From Chloroflexota bacterium (GTDB taxonomy: Bacteria; Chloroflexota; UBA11872), in NCBI GenBank assembly GCA_026706485.1, contig JAPOYR010000002.1:321251-385250 (forward strand): 64,000 nt of DNA. The letters are read 5' to 3'. Of this stretch, positions 62,742 to 64,000 are shown piece after piece. A model generated the notes under the pieces. That model was given only the letters and a program-made list of their open reading frames with translations. It did not search any database and was not told the origin of the DNA. Positions within the stretch are counted from its first letter, which is position 1; every line of letters begins with the position of its first letter. Both the position numbers and the translations under genes were made by a program.

Positions 62742-64000
62742 ATGGTCCGGGCGACAGTTGCGCGTTGGTGGCGCCTCGGGGCCGTGCTCCTGGGCCTCGC
62801 GGTCTGGGCCACGGTCAGCCCCGCGCTTGCTCAAGATGCGGACTACGCGGTGCCCGGCGGTCATGTCTACACGCAGGCCGCGGGTGACGCCCCGCCCGGC
62901 GCCGGATTCCTCGTGAGCGATGCCGACGGCATCCCCTTCTGGACCCGTTTCCAGGAGCTGGGCGGACCGCACGTCGTGGGCTATCCCGTGAGCCAGCGCT
63001 TCGAGTGGCTCGGCTTCACCGTCCAGGTGATGCAGAAGCTGGTGTTCCAGTGGCATCCGGCCACGTCGGAGGTGATGTTCATCAACGTCTTCGACGAGCT
63101 CAATCGCGCGGGCCTCGACGACGAGCTGGCTCGGCTGCTCGTGCCGCGGCACCAGACCTTTCCCGAGGAGCAGGGGCTGTCCTGGAACGAGGTCATCGGC
63201 CGCCGCTGGGGCTTCATGGATGCCAGCCCGCCGATACGGGACGCGTACTTCGGACCCGACGACCCCTTGCGCTGGTTTGGCCTGCCGACATCCGAAATCG
63301 TGCACTACGACGGCATGAGCTCCATCCGTGCGCAGCGGGCCGTGATCCAGCTTTGGCACATCGACACCCCCTGGGCGCGCGCGGGGGAGGTGACCATCGC
63401 CAACGGCGGCGATCTGGCAAAGCAGCTTGGCCTATTCCCGGAATCGGTCTTGCAGCCGCGCCGCGAGGGTGCCGAACCCGCCCCAACGGCCGCACCTGAG
63501 CCAACGGCCACACCTGAACCAACGGCCACACCTACCCCAACGGCCTCACCTGCCCCAACGGCCTCACCTGCCCCGCCGGTCAGCGTCAGCGGGGACGCGG
63601 TCGTGGACCGCATGAACGAGGTGCGCGCCGACCTGGGGTTGCCGCCGCTGACGGCGCACCCGGCGCTGATGCAGGCGGCGCAGGCCCACGCCGACTACTA
63701 CGTGATCAACCGGAACGATCCCAACTCCGGCGGCCTGCACACGGAAGTGGCCGGAAAGCCGGGCTTCACCGGACGCACCATCGGCGACCGCGCGGACGCC
63801 GCCGGATATCCGTTGGGCTGGGTGGACGAGACGTTCGGCTTCCTGCCACCCGCGCGCACGCTGGAATGGGCCTTGGGCACCGTGTTCCACCGCTACATGT
63901 TCGTGCACCCGTCGGCGGTCCACGTCGGCTACGGCTGGGCCTCCGCCGAGGGCACGCGCGCCGCCGTGTTCAACGTGGGGCTCTCGCCGCGCCACACCGC
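62742..64000 (+). CDS. Secreted protein: unknown N-terminal domain, Pro/Thr linker, C-terminal CAP/SCP-like domain. 3' truncated by the window end.
   Basis: Signal MVRATVARWWRLGAVLLGLAVWATVSPALA-QD. CAP-like motifs (…DRMNEVRADLGLPPLTAHPALMQAAQAHADY…; HRYMFVHPSAVHVGYGWA). Absent from the ORF track only because no stop is reached. Confidence 0.55.
   Translation, partial: MVRATVARWWRLGAVLLGLAVWATVSPALAQDADYAVPGGHVYTQAAGDAPPGAGFLVSDADGIPFWTRFQELGGPHVVGYPVSQRFEWLGFTVQVMQKLVFQWHPATSEVMFINVFDELNRAGLDDELARLLVPRHQTFPEEQGLSWNEVIGRRWGFMDASPPIRDAYFGPDDPLRWFGLPTSEIVHYDGMSSIRAQRAVIQLWHIDTPWARAGEVTIANGGDLAKQLGLFPESVLQPRREGAEPAPTAAPEPTATPEPTATPTPTASPAPTASPAPPVSVSGDAVVDRMNEVRADLGLPPLTAHPALMQAAQAHADYYVINRNDPNSGGLHTEVAGKPGFTGRTIGDRADAAGYPLGWVDETFGFLPPARTLEWALGTVFHRYMFVHPSAVHVGYGWASAEGTRAAVFNVGLSPRHT
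63483..63572 (+). repeat. 18-nt tandem repeat ×5 (ccaacggccNcacctNNN) encoding the (PTA[A/T/S]P[E/T/A])5 linker
   Basis: Units at 63483, 63501, 63519, 63537, 63555. Confidence 0.85.

Overview
High-GC (~70%) bacterial chromosomal segment with dense coding on both strands. Roughly 60 features are supportable. Most of the window is housekeeping: a C-terminal fragment of glutamate synthase, a Liv-type branched-chain amino-acid ABC transporter, glmS, ftsB-like/dut/tilS/ftsH, an ssrA (tmRNA)/smpB pair, a rpsP–KH–trmD group, rplS–rnhB–yraN, murD, panB, lspA, a cyclophilin and two tRNAs (Val-GAC, Arg-CCG). The stand-out accessory region is a ~14-kb minus-strand cluster at 12136–26170 containing a 3423-aa type I polyketide synthase. 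Its first module has the full reducing set (KS-AT-DH-cMT-ψKR-ER-KR-ACP, the animal-FAS / fungal HR-PKS order). It is followed in the same protein by a second KS and an internally deleted, probably dead AT. Downstream sit a stand-alone ACP, an Sfp-type PPTase and an α/β-hydrolase with translationally coupled stop/start codons; upstream sit a phosphotriesterase-family protein, a tiny Gly-zipper membrane protein and tRNA-Val. Other notable items: a PIN-domain (VapC) gene overlapping an uncharacterised 134-aa partner with a palindromic AT-rich upstream region; a family of short palindromic interspersed repeats in at least six intergenic spacers, including one inside the liv operon and one inside the PKS–ACP spacer; a divergent GroEL paralogue coupled to trmD with no GroES; an AT-rich, palindrome-dense 436-bp intergenic region upstream of an unknown gene; and several secreted proteins with internal tandem duplications. 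No CRISPR array, rRNA or transposase was seen. Many long antisense ORFs in the six-frame track are Arg-rich artefacts of the high GC content and were not annotated.
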